This document shows, piece after piece, positions 54,402 to 64,000 of a stretch of DNA of 64,000 bases. The stretch lies in IMG/VR virus record IMGVR_UViG_3300005663_000039, one strand, 5' to 3'. This stretch comes from an uncultured virus (IMG/VR IMGVR_UViG_3300005663_000039). Its lineage: Duplodnaviria; Heunggongvirae; Uroviricota; Caudoviricetes. The translations under genes and the position numbers were made by a program. Under the pieces are notes generated by a model. That model worked only from the letters and a program-made list of their open reading frames with translations, searched no databases and was not told the DNA's origin. The number at the start of each line of letters is the position of its first letter. Position 1 is the first letter of the stretch.

Positions 54402-54752
54402 ATGGCTATCAAACACCCCTTTAAGGTTCGCAAGAATCAACACGCGGATGCAGTAGAGTTCAAGGCAGAGATGCCGTCCTCAGTCGAGGACACTGACTTG
54501 ATCGTGAAACGCTACGGCTCCGTGGACAGGATGATCGACAGGGCTAACGCCCAGTGGACTGTGGACGTGGCACCTGGTATACGGAAGCGCCTACCCGATA
54601 CGAAGGTAGCGCAAGGGTATGCCGACGGGTACTGTGACAACGGTTCGCGGGATACTTGGGTACAGCCTCAGATCACACCTGAGCAGATGGAGGAACAGGA
54701 CTTCGACGAAGGCCAGTTGACATTCCTCAAGGCTAAAGGTATGATTGCGTGA
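54402..54752 (+). CDS. Early protein, paralogue of 58994-59353
   Basis: AGGAG RBS; MAIKHPFKVRK...QLTFLKAKGM. Confidence 0.75.
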   Translation: MAIKHPFKVRKNQHADAVEFKAEMPSSVEDTDLIVKRYGSVDRMIDRANAQWTVDVAPGIRKRLPDTKVAQGYADGYCDNGSRDTWVQPQITPEQMEEQDFDEGQLTFLKAKGMIA

Positions 54753-54839
54753 CACCTTCAGGGCAACCACTAACGGTGTAGGAGTCTAGACCGTCAAAGG
54801 TCTCGGTTCCTCTTGTCTCACCCTAAGCAGGAGTATGCT

Positions 54840-55025
54840 ATGACCCTAGCAGAGCTAGTACGTCAGCTCGAGGCTATTGAGAACGGGAACCTAGTTGTAC
54901 GAGTGTGGATGCCTGACGGCTCAGGTTCACGAGATGTCACCTCTGTAGACTTCGATGACTACCCTGTCTACGAACAGGTCGGGAGTAAGAAGAAGGTCAA
55001 GCAAGTCACACTTTACCTGGAGTAA
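54840..55025 (+). CDS. Small early hypothetical protein
   Basis: MTLAELVRQLE... with AGGAG RBS. Confidence 0.65.
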   Translation: MTLAELVRQLEAIENGNLVVRVWMPDGSGSRDVTSVDFDDYPVYEQVGSKKKVKQVTLYLE

Positions 55026-55170
55026 GCTCATGCGTAACGGTGCAACTGCCTTCGCCTTTGGGCTCGTCATCCTCTTCTGGATCATCATGCTAGCGTTCCT
55101 TTAGAGGATCATCACCTGGACAAGTGACTAAACTGTCCTCCCTCCGCCTGATCAAGGCTAAGTTGTTCAT

Positions 55171-55425
55171 CAGTCCAACCTACAACCTCCAACCATTGAG
55201 ATTTGGGGTCATTATCCACGCGTAGAGGGGTGTGAAAGTCCTCGTCTCGGCATCTCGGCGTCTGGGCGAGTTCGTGAGGTAGTTCTCTCTCTATATATAT
55301 ATACTTTTTATTTAAGAGAGGGTTGGACTACTTCTTGCCCTGCTTCCCCCCTCTTCGTCGAGCTTCGCACACCACCAGTCGTCCGTAACCACCCCCAGAC
55401 CCGACTGGTTGGAGGTTGGTGGTTG
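55171..55425. other. Candidate replication origin (inverted repeats flanking a CT/TA tract)
   Basis: CAACCTACAACCTCCAACCA versus inverted TGGTTGGAGGTTGGTGGTTG around CTCTCTCTATATATATATACTTTTTATTT. Confidence 0.5.
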
Positions 55426-55465
55426 TTGGCCGGCCTGTTGAACACCTTGACATGTTCAAGTCCCC

Positions 55466-55494
55466 TTGCGCTCTCATCCCAGTTGTGTTATATT
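55466..55494 (+). promoter_or_regulatory. Sigma70 promoter with extended -10
   Basis: TTGCGC-17 nt-TATATT with TG extension. Confidence 0.65.
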
Positions 55495-55561
55495 CCAGGT
55501 AAGCCAATTTTGGGGAGAGACCTATATCAGACAGACGATCATTTTGGTCGGGGAGAAGGGC

Positions 55562-55786
55562 ATGGATAAGAATGATGGAGGACCTGCGTTCCCTGGTAGG
55601 TATTGGGACGGTCAAAAGAAGGCCGATCACTTCGGCATGTCTCTCCGTGACTACTTCGCAGCACAGGCGCTCTTAGGACTCATTGTTAACCCTCAGTTCA
55701 GCCCTGATGGCTGTGCAACACGAGCGTATAGAGTCGCTAATGCCATGATAGCCGAACGAAGGAGGGAAGATGAGTCTAGCGAATAG
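55562..55786 (+). CDS. Conserved phage protein (GGPAFP...GMSLRDYFAAQA family)
   Basis: Characteristic motif, plus AY..A.AMIAER. Confidence 0.85.
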   Translation: MDKNDGGPAFPGRYWDGQKKADHFGMSLRDYFAAQALLGLIVNPQFSPDGCATRAYRVANAMIAERRREDESSE

Positions 55787-56111
55787 CAGTACAGAGATCT
55801 TCTGCCAGACCTGCGCTAATGGATGGCCGTTGACGGATGAAGGGACAGGATACTACTTCCGGTCCGAGACGACGTTTAGCGTAGGGGACTACGCCTCACC
55901 ATCCGCCATCGTCGCAGTAGTAGAGGAGATGACCTACTGTCCTAAGTGTGACGTAGGGCAGCTCACCGACGCCTACCGCAAGCCCGCTCCGGGTATTCAG
56001 GAGTCTCCGTTCTATGAGGGAGACAGTCGGATGGTTGGGGCTGATGTGGATAAGGGAGGAGTGGACGAGGGTGAGGCAGACGTGGTTCATGGACCGATAG
56101 TAGATCCGTGA
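55770..56111 (+). CDS. Zn-ribbon hypothetical protein
   Basis: CQTC...CPKC. Confidence 0.6.
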   Translation: MSLANSSTEIFCQTCANGWPLTDEGTGYYFRSETTFSVGDYASPSAIVAVVEEMTYCPKCDVGQLTDAYRKPAPGIQESPFYEGDSRMVGADVDKGGVDEGEADVVHGPIVDP

Positions 56112-56237
56112 CCTTGTCTCTCGTTGTTATCCTAATCGCTCAGTTTGCGTTTGGGGTAGGGTTTGGAGTAACAGTAGGTTGGTGGCGTTGGAAGAGACAG
56201 AAGAAATATCTCTTTCCTCAAGCAAACCCATAGCCGA

Positions 56238-56456
56238 GTGAAGCACATATTCTTTAAGTGTCCTGGCCCTTGTTCTAACCTTGGTCAGTGTCAATACTGT
56301 GAAGGAGGACTATCCTTTTGCACAGTTTGTCATGGAGGAGAAGCAGCCCTCCTTGATATCTGTCCAGGTATCTACTTAACTGTCGAGCAACACGATTGGA
56401 ACTATCAAGGCAACCTAAGACGGTGGAAGATGGAAGCGCAGGCGTTCAACCGATGA
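56238..56456 (+). CDS. Cys-rich hypothetical protein
   Basis: CQYCEGGLSFCTVCHGGE...CPG. Confidence 0.65.
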   Translation: MKHIFFKCPGPCSNLGQCQYCEGGLSFCTVCHGGEAALLDICPGIYLTVEQHDWNYQGNLRRWKMEAQAFNR

Positions 56457-56719
56457 ACAACTTACCCACCCTAGACCTTCCCCGTCACCGAACATACCTT
56501 GACGCAATGACTTCAGGCGTGCCGAGAGAGCGTGCCTTGGTCAGATTGATGGACTGCCCGCTCTGCGTAGCGTGTACTCTCTTCCCTACCAAAAGCATCG
56601 TCGAAGTTCCACGTGGAGAGATGAGAGACTACTTCGATCTCAACTCTGAAGCCGCTGCGTGGATGATCAATCGAGCTAGTTGGAAGGTAAAGAATGTTCA
56701 GGCTGGGAGGAACAGATGA
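56453..56719 (+). CDS. Hypothetical protein
   Basis: Start MNNLPTL lies within the palindromic motif (ATGA overlap). Confidence 0.55.
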   Translation: MNNLPTLDLPRHRTYLDAMTSGVPRERALVRLMDCPLCVACTLFPTKSIVEVPRGEMRDYFDLNSEAAAWMINRASWKVKNVQAGRNR

Positions 56720-57002
56720 ATATCTGGCAGGAAACCGCGTTGGGGCTAGTTATATGGTTTACAGTAGCGTTCACTCTCGGCACTGGTTGGGGCATCCTCA
56801 TTGGGCACCTCCTTTTTACCAGTAAGGTTAAGGAAGACTATGAGCAAGAAGCGTCGGAGTAGGTACCACCGCAAAGGCAGGCGTACTCGAGCTAAGTACA
56901 CCATCCACGCCGGGTACCGTTGGAATATCCGCACTCACGAGAACCAGCAACCTAACGTTCTCGACTTGATGATCTCCCCTCAATGCAAGGTGATGTTCAA
57001 AC

Positions 57003-57416
57003 ATGGTTGAAGTTACTTACATGGGCGACTGGCCTGATGATGTGAAGGCGACCATAAGCCTCGAGTTCGACCCGATGGTATTCCTCCTCCCAAGCTGGTG
57101 TCGTTCTCTCTTCATTTACTTTGAGAACGAACCAACAGAGAGGCAAGCAGCCGCAGTCTCAACGAACTATGAAGGACGCCACATCAACATGTTCGTCAGA
57201 CCAAACTGGTTTATGGAGACTGCTGATGACCGCGAGCGGGTACTCCTTCACGAAATCACTCACACCCACACTCAACCTATCCGAAATGTATTCTCCGATG
57301 CGATTGCTGGTCAAGACGAGCAGTTCAGAGACTTCGCATGGGCGAGGTTCAAGGAGACATGGGAGGGTGCTGTTGAAGACCTAGCATGGACACTCTACTT
57401 AGCGATGAAGAAGTGA
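57003..57416 (+). CDS. HExxH zincin-like metallopeptidase
   Basis: ERVLLHEITHTH...E..VE.LA. Confidence 0.7.
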   Translation: MVEVTYMGDWPDDVKATISLEFDPMVFLLPSWCRSLFIYFENEPTERQAAAVSTNYEGRHINMFVRPNWFMETADDRERVLLHEITHTHTQPIRNVFSDAIAGQDEQFRDFAWARFKETWEGAVEDLAWTLYLAMKK

Positions 57417-57606
57417 CCGCTCTTGTCCGACTTGAAGACACACCCACCTCGCAGATGTACTGGTACTTCTTCAATCGCCAGCTCATGTGGTGCCCAAAGT
57501 TCGTCGTGTGGAGATATGAGTACGCCTTCGCCTTCACTCCAATAAGACTCAGACATATCCGCTTTTACATAGACGACTGGCGAGGTGTTTACGGGAGTCG
57601 AGGCAG

Positions 57607-57948
57607 ATGAAGGCTCAATCAAGGCTTGGACATCTACTACAGTTCGGACATGCAGGGAAGATAATACGAGTCCACGATCCAGCCAAAGGTACACGCATCA
57701 AGAAGGTATGGTGCCTGCGATGCGGAGAGAGACACAACGCCTGGCCTATCAAGTGTGAGTGTCTCCCCCTATGGACATGCTACGATTTCTTTCGAGTTGA
57801 GCTATGTAAGCAACAGCAATGCATCTATTGCGTGGGTCAGCCGTCTATACCCAAGCGATATCCTCGAATCTTCAAAGTCCAACACCCTACTCATATCATA
57901 CAGCAGCCGGGTTATACTATCATGGAAGACGATGTATACGGCTCTTGA
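57607..57948 (+). CDS. Cys-rich hypothetical protein
   Basis: CLRC, CEC, CIYC. Confidence 0.5.
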   Translation: MKAQSRLGHLLQFGHAGKIIRVHDPAKGTRIKKVWCLRCGERHNAWPIKCECLPLWTCYDFFRVELCKQQQCIYCVGQPSIPKRYPRIFKVQHPTHIIQQPGYTIMEDDVYGS

Positions 57949-58289
57949 ACGTAACAGGCGCTATCGAGTAGGCATTGGTGATAACTCGAGGACCCTCGTC
58001 TATGTCAGCCGAGACTTCCCTGAGGACGCCCCCGCCTGCTTCAACTTCACTGACATGAAGAGTGGAGAGTTAGTTACCTTCACTCTCGATCAACTCACTG
58101 CTCTCGAACAAGAGGCAGCGTTCGAGTATCTTGGCCCTGCACTTAAACACTCAAAGGACTAATGGCAATCTATTTCTCCTTTGACATAAGATTCTGGGGC
58201 CTTGGAATAGCCATTGACTTTGAGTGCTTAGATATTGGAGTGAGTGCCGGTCCTTTCCGTATATCTCTTTGCTTTGGAGATAACGCCTG

Positions 58290-58886
58290 ATGGGCTACAA
58301 CATTCGAACTGGTCTAGTTGAGAAGCACGCTAAGCTTCTCCAACGCATCTACATCGCCGTCGCTGTAGGTGGAGGAGACCTTCGCTTCGATTGCTCCAAC
58401 CCTGACGACATGAACGCACAGCGGTATCAACTTCTCCGTATCCTCAGGGCCACGCGTCTACTCAAAGATGAGTGTGATGGCCTCTTTGTCGATCTCCACT
58501 CTAAGGTAAAGATATGTGAGGACTGGGACTTGATGGCTGTCATTGTCAGACCAGTCACCGCTCACCGTTCTTCCACTGTTCTCACTCCTTATCGAGAGAA
58601 CGAGCATGATGTCCTCGAACGACTCAAGCAATTTGAGGGGCAGATGGATCTCGTCCACTTTCTCCCTACACCTGAGTTCTCCGCTGAGACATGGCAGATT
58701 GCTCTCCAGACAATTGGATTCAATCTGGTCCCCAACCCTGACGATCCAGACTCATGGATAGGAGGACCAGTCGGGGACGAAGGAGAGGTAGACTACGCCG
58801 TCGCTCGAATGACAGACAAGACCCCATCCGGCTTCGCTCTTCTCAGTGCATTTGAGAAATCAGGTGACATGTCGCAAGATGGTTGA
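58290..58886 (+). CDS. Hypothetical protein
   Basis: 198 aa with GGAG RBS. Confidence 0.65.
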   Translation: MGYNIRTGLVEKHAKLLQRIYIAVAVGGGDLRFDCSNPDDMNAQRYQLLRILRATRLLKDECDGLFVDLHSKVKICEDWDLMAVIVRPVTAHRSSTVLTPYRENEHDVLERLKQFEGQMDLVHFLPTPEFSAETWQIALQTIGFNLVPNPDDPDSWIGGPVGDEGEVDYAVARMTDKTPSGFALLSAFEKSGDMSQDG

Positions 58887-58911
58887 CAATGGGGGCCAGA
58901 TAGGGTATAAT
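58883..58911 (+). promoter_or_regulatory. Perfect consensus sigma70 promoter
   Basis: TTGACA-17 nt-TATAAT. Confidence 0.9.
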
Positions 58912-58993
58912 GGTATCACAGGGGTAATCATACCCCCCACTTCAATCGGGTACAGGCGTCGAGAGTCTGGCCCAAAAACAAAGGAGAAGCACT

Positions 58994-59353
58994 GTGGCGA
59001 CACAAACCTTCAAGGTGTCCAAGACGGGCGTCGAAGCCATCGAAGTAAGCCGAGAGGTTCCCGACAACGTCGAAGACCCGCGGTGGCAGGACATCGTGGT
59101 CAACCCGTCTGAGGACATCCACGAGTTGGCGCTCCAGGCGCTGATCGTGAAGTGCCAGGCCGGTGCTCGTGCCAGGCTCGATCAAGGCGCAGCCGCAGTC
59201 CAAGCGTACGTCGAGCAGTACAAGTACGGCGCGCGGACTGGTGGAATCTCTGCTCCGATGGTCAGTGCCGAGGACGCGGTGAGTCAGGCCTTTACCGAAG
59301 AGCAGCTCGCCTTCCTGCGGCAGGCTGGGATGCGGGTCGAGGCCGAGGCCTAA
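58994..59353 (+). CDS. Probably highly expressed early protein, paralogue of 54402-54752
   Basis: AAGGAG RBS, consensus promoter, strongly biased codons. Confidence 0.8.
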   Translation: MATQTFKVSKTGVEAIEVSREVPDNVEDPRWQDIVVNPSEDIHELALQALIVKCQAGARARLDQGAAAVQAYVEQYKYGARTGGISAPMVSAEDAVSQAFTEEQLAFLRQAGMRVEAEA

Positions 59354-59528
59354 GCCTAAACCAAGGCTCAGCCCACTAGGTCGAGCTACCGGGTGTGCCA
59401 CTGCCGGTCTATAAATCAAGTGGTGGTCACCTTGACCTGAACTGGCGCTTGGGGAGCGTTAACTAACTCACCTGGCTAAGTGGCTAAACTGGCCTTCCCG
59501 CCGTTACTTAAATTATGAGGCTGAGAAC

Positions 59529-59705
59529 ATGACTCAACCCCACACAGTGCTCCTTTATAAAGTCAAGGAGACGAAGCGCACGGTCCGCTACGATGTTGAT
59601 AGCGGTGACGAGGCAGCCGTGCTTGCTGTCTACATTCAGAAGACTCACACCCCTGAGCCTCACCCTGGAGTAGTGAAGCTGACGGTGGACTTCTCCAAAG
59701 AGTAG
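59529..59705 (+). CDS. Small conserved-looking phage protein (58 aa)
   Basis: Manual translation MTQPHTVLLYKVKETKRTVRYDV...VYIQK..P.P..VKLTV. Confidence 0.6.
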   Translation: MTQPHTVLLYKVKETKRTVRYDVDSGDEAAVLAVYIQKTHTPEPHPGVVKLTVDFSKE

Positions 59706-59757
59706 TTGTTCATCCGTTGAACACCTGTGGCAGGTCCCTCGACTTTTCCCAAGACCC

Positions 59758-59786
59758 TTGCATCTTCGGGCCATACCTGTTATATT
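59758..59786 (+). promoter_or_regulatory. Sigma70 promoter with extended -10
   Basis: TTGCAT-17 nt-TATATT; palindromic site about 35 bp upstream. Confidence 0.7.
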
Positions 59787-59840
59787 CATTCATGGGAATA
59801 TGCCCATCCAACTCGTTCATCTGACCTAGGAGTAGATCTC

Positions 59841-62800
59841 ATGAACCAAGCCAAGCAGATTACTCGACTCCGAGTGGAGAATCAAGAGTTGATGGACCAG
59901 ATCGACTTGCTCTCGATGCCCCTCAGGTATCACCCACCTCTCAAAGACATCACTGCCCCTAAGCACGGTGTGCAGATTGAGATTCGCGGGGACGGTAAAG
60001 TCCTATGGGTTCACGTGGATGGAATGACTGTCTTGAGAGTCTGCCAGATCCCCCGTCTTGATATAGTGGACGACCGATGAGCCTCGACGGTAAGATCCTT
60101 GAGGTCAGTCGACTCAACTTCGATTGCGCTCGTTGTGATAAGCCTGCTGTACTCAAAGTGCGAACGCAGTACGCTGATTCTCTAACCGAGCGCGTTCACT
60201 TTTTCTGTCCTAGTCATGTCCCGGTTCGTATACTGAGTGGGCGGCTACAGCAAGGAGGAGAGATACCTAAATGAAAAGATGAAGAGCCTTGAAGCTAACT
60301 CTCAAGGATGCAGTTGACGATCTGTACCGTGGAGGATTCAAGCCTCTCTACTCACGAGGTAGACTCATCAACTGGCGCCGAGTTAGAAGGGGAAAGCTTC
60401 AAACAGCTGAGGTAACCGTTCACGCCTCAGGCAGGACAACCATTGTCTATAGGAGTAGCACTAATGCCAAAAGGGCAAGACGTAAACGCAATCGTCAGAA
60501 GAGTGACGCAGCACAGAGCACGGGAGAGGCTGATACCTCTCAGGCGTAGGCAGATTAACGTCTATCCCGGTCTCAAGGGCGACTACTGGGTCAACAGGTT
60601 TGAGATCAAGATAAAGCTGAGATACGCCGTGACGGGCAATCCATTCGAGATGATAGACCACGTGCTCGACGCTGTTGTCGAGTTCGATCTGATTGAGACA
60701 CGTAAGAGAGCCATGCAGGTTACCGAACTGAAGAGTCACATTATGAAGTGGGCAGCCTATCTCGAGCGTACTCTCACGAAGGAGATGTACGATGAGTTCA
60801 TCCAGTCCCTTGAGAGACCGTTAGAAGGTAACAAAGATGAGTCAGTGCAAGCATAAAACCCTACACATCAAAGGCTTCAACGCCCTTGGTGTGACTGTAG
60901 AGTGTTTAGAGTGTGACGAAGCCTTCGACGTCCCTGACGCTACAGTGAACGAGAAGTATTATCTGTTTGTTCACGTCAGCCCTCAAGGACCACAAGGTGA
61001 TCTTTCAATACTCATACATCAGAAGGTAATCGAAAGATAGTGGGGCTGGCTGTTGTACTGCTCGAACCGTGATCCAAGTGCACAGGGCTTCTACTCCTGT
61101 CCTGCTGGCTTGAACGACCAGGCAGCCAGTCTCACCCTTGTTCAACACATGAACAACTGAGGAGGAGAGATGCTCAAGGTTCAATGTCGAGCGGAGAGAG
61201 CGGTGGTCCGATCTAGTGGATTGCCTTCTTGTCCGGTAGTTATTCTCTTCGATCCTAAAGGTAGACATACTCCAGACTTGACAGTAAGTTTGCCTGCAGA
61301 CACCGCGCAAGATCTTTTTGGTCAACTAGAGGCCTGGCTTAAGAGATCCCCCATAGCACAAGCTGATGGCGATGGAGGATGAAGCGAGGACATAGATGGT
61401 TCTCTCTCATCATGTTTCTTCTCGTTAATCTGTTCGCTCTTTTCTTCTCATTATGGGAGTGAGTTATGAGTCAAGCTTACTTAAAGGCACGTAGGAGGGA
61501 GACCATCAAGGCTCGGATCTCTTCCTTCGTCCTCGGAGCGGTGACCATCGCTGCCGTGATTCTCGGCAATGCTACCGCTCGAGCCTTCACCGCTTTTCTC
61601 TTCTTCCTCTTCCTCCTCTTTCTAGCAAATTACTTCTCGTTCAAGGCCATGGGCTTCCGTGCTTTCAAGAAGATGGCAGATGAGCTGGAGGGGCGGGGTA
61701 GTTGAAAATTGATCTCTGGAATGAAGCACTTAAACCTGAGTCAGGCTACGATCGGGTTGTCGTCTCACTTACTCGCCTCTCTCATGCTGAGTGTACTGAT
61801 GAGTGGGGTAATTCAGAAGAGGGAAAGGAACACCTTGCCGGTTGCATTCTCCACGTCAATGGGCCCAAGCCACATGAGGTTAAGATGGTAACGACTCAAG
61901 TTCGAGAAGGACGTAAAGAGTTTACACTTCACTTCAAACAGGACCCTTGCCCTGTTCTATTCTTTGGCAGTACCCACTGTCCAATATGTGGAGGCACACA
62001 TGAGGATGAAAATAGGAGTTGAGACTGAGACGGCGCAGATATATTGGTGCATCGTCTGTCAGATGGGTAAGACACCAGAGCAAGGTGACACTTGTGGACA
62101 CTGCACGGGTAAGATGGCCGCCGCTGTTCTTACCATCATCACCCCAACGGTTGAATCTGAGGTGGATAAGGAGGACTGATATGTGGGAGACACGCGAGAT
62201 CGAGCCGATCGCTGAGGAGGACCAGCGCGCGATCCTCGAAGAGCACGCGGCTGTCGACGGGCCACTGAAAGAGCCGCCGCAGCCTGAGATAGATTTCTGC
62301 TCGAAGTGCGGAGAGCACGCTGAGTTTGAGTGGGATGAGGACGATGGATTCTTGTCTGTCTGCTGTGGCACGAGGCCGCATAGCCATGAATAAGGAAGAT
62401 TGGTTCGCACACTACGAAGAAGTACTTGCCGATCATCCTGAGCTGACCGAGGATGAGGCGGTAGAAATGGCCTTTGATCGACAACGAGACGCTTACGCTG
62501 CGCTCGCTGATCGTATCAATGATGAGATGAAGGACCCACTACTAAAGAGGAAAGTATGAGTAAGGACGAGGTCTTCATTCTGTTCGGGCTGGTCTGCATC
62601 GCCGTGATAGTTCTGCTTACAGCCTGGGTCTGTCGCGCGATCAGGTCTTACGAGATACATAGACAGTATGAGATGTACTTTGGGAAGTTTAACGAGGAGG
62701 AGGATGATGGCTAGTCCAATCGAGTATCAAGGTAAGCCGATGACATTCGACCCAACCAATATCTCTGTCTTGAGAGTGGTTCAACTGTTGTACCGAGGCA

Positions 62801-63467
62801 CACCCCAGGTAGTGATCCTGGAGCCTGGAGACGCGACTAGGTATGTCTTACTGTTGGTCCCTCTAGGTACTGGCATAGCCCCTTATCTAGGTGACTACGG
62901 TATTCTTTCTAGAGAATCAAACCAGTACCTTTTTGTGAGCAAGCTGGCAGGTGAAGAGTGTCTAGGGACTTGGATACCTTTTGGTCAAGATCGAGTCGTC
63001 CGCACCCACAATGTTGTGCCACTTAGTAATAACGAGTGGTCCAGACAGTTTTTAGCGTGGTGGTTTACTTCTCTGTATGAATATTTGTAAGGAGAAAGAC
63101 GATGGCTGAGCTGCGTGATGTAGAGACTTGTGGTCACGAGTCTGACGGCGGTTGGATGTACCTGCACTCCAAGTGTCATGACAGTGAACCAACATGGGCA
63201 CGTGTGAAAGGTCGCACCCTAGAGGTGATATGTGGAGAGTGCGACAAACAAGTTACTACATTCTTACTCGCTGAAGAGACAGAAGGTCCTGAGTTTGAGG
63301 AGTTTCAACGTGACAACGAAAGTCACGTTGATGCTGTTGCACAGGTGATCCACGGCCTCCCGGGCTGGGCTGAGCTGCATCTTGAGGATAAGGAATTCTC
63401 TATCGAGAGTGCACGACGGGTGATCGACACCTTCTACGTTCTTTCAAGAGAGGAGAACGATGACTAG
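59841..63467 (+). other. Cluster of short, tightly packed early hypothetical genes
   Basis: For example 59841-60080, 60077-60274, 60837-61040, 61170-61382, 61466-61705, 61702-62022, 63102-63467; RBSs and start/stop overlaps; many CxxC proteins. Confidence 0.6.
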
Positions 63468-63619
63468 AGCCCCAACGAAGATGATCGACGGTGTCACTGT
63501 TCTTGACAACGAGTCTGGGAACAAGTTCTTTCACAAGCATAAGAGCCCGAAGGCTAGGTTGAGTAAGAGGAAGAACCGCAAGCGGACGAAGGTTAGTCGA
63601 AAGAGAAACCGAAGGTAAG

Positions 63620-64000
63620 ATGCCCAAGATTAACCTCGAACTGAAAGACGTTGGGTGTCGTAAGCCTGGGTGTCAAAGGCGGATGGAACCGACTAGCCGT
63701 CACCACCGCCAGAACGAGAGCTTGTTCATCAACGCTTTCGGCGACCGTCACGCCAAGATGAGAACCAAGACGTACAAGGCTCTCGTCCAACGCTATGCTT
63801 CCTTCGATGAGCGGGACATCATCAGGATCTGCAACTGGCATCACTGTGAGATCCACCTTATGTACGATGAGGCGATCAACGAAGACAGGCAGTTGCACTT
63901 AAAGCCTATGCTTGAGTATACTTGGCAAGAGGCCAACTCGTTGATGAGAGCCTTGCGTAAACTGTGCTACAAATGGGAGAAAGAGGAGACACCTGGCAGG
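63620..64000 (+). CDS. HNH-like zinc-binding protein (runs off window)
   Basis: Manual translation GCRKPGC...SRHH...ICNWHHCEIH. Confidence 0.55.
   Translation, partial: MPKINLELKDVGCRKPGCQRRMEPTSRHHRQNESLFINAFGDRHAKMRTKTYKALVQRYASFDERDIIRICNWHHCEIHLMYDEAINEDRQLHLKPMLEYTWQEANSLMRALRKLCYKWEKEETPGR

Noticed and set aside
61041..61134. tRNA gene
   Set aside because: No canonical T-loop GTTCRA, D-loop or 7-bp acceptor geometry
1..64000. Integrated prophage boundaries
   Set aside because: No host genes, integrase, repressor or att duplication visible in the window

Overview
The window is entirely phage DNA, but it contains two compositionally distinct tailed-phage segments joined at about 22,210. 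Segment A (1 to ~22,220; very GC-rich, roughly 70% by eye) is a siphovirus-type block. On the minus strand it runs TerS (HGG motif), TerL, DUF1073-type portal, a small membrane-protein cassette, SPP1 gp7-like minor head protein, DUF2213 protease-scaffold, decoration protein, HK97-fold capsid, neck genes, tail tube, frameshifted tail chaperone, tape measure and a LamG-like tail protein. A short plus-strand arm carries a 5-hmdU DNA kinase-like (aGPT-Pplase1) gene. Segment B (~22,220 to 64,000; roughly 50-55% GC) is a podovirus-type genome. It encodes a UDG-fused family A DNA polymerase, a DUF3987-like P-loop protein, ejection proteins, a GNAT, a split tail nozzle, an M15 endolysin, tail fibres, two adaptor paralogues, capsid, scaffold, P22-like portal, TerL/TerS, a probable genome-end region and many small early genes with sigma70 promoters. 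The most notable signals are: (i) a 17-bp palindrome TGTTCA-N5-TGAACA repeated nine times across segment B, mostly at gene junctions; (ii) homologous LamG-like and E3-binding-domain-like proteins present in both otherwise unrelated phages; (iii) compact covarying RNA pseudoknots and paralogous early genes behind strong promoters; (iv) several unusual gene architectures. I saw no integrase, tRNA, CRISPR array or reverse transcriptase. Family assignments come from motif recognition, not database searches.
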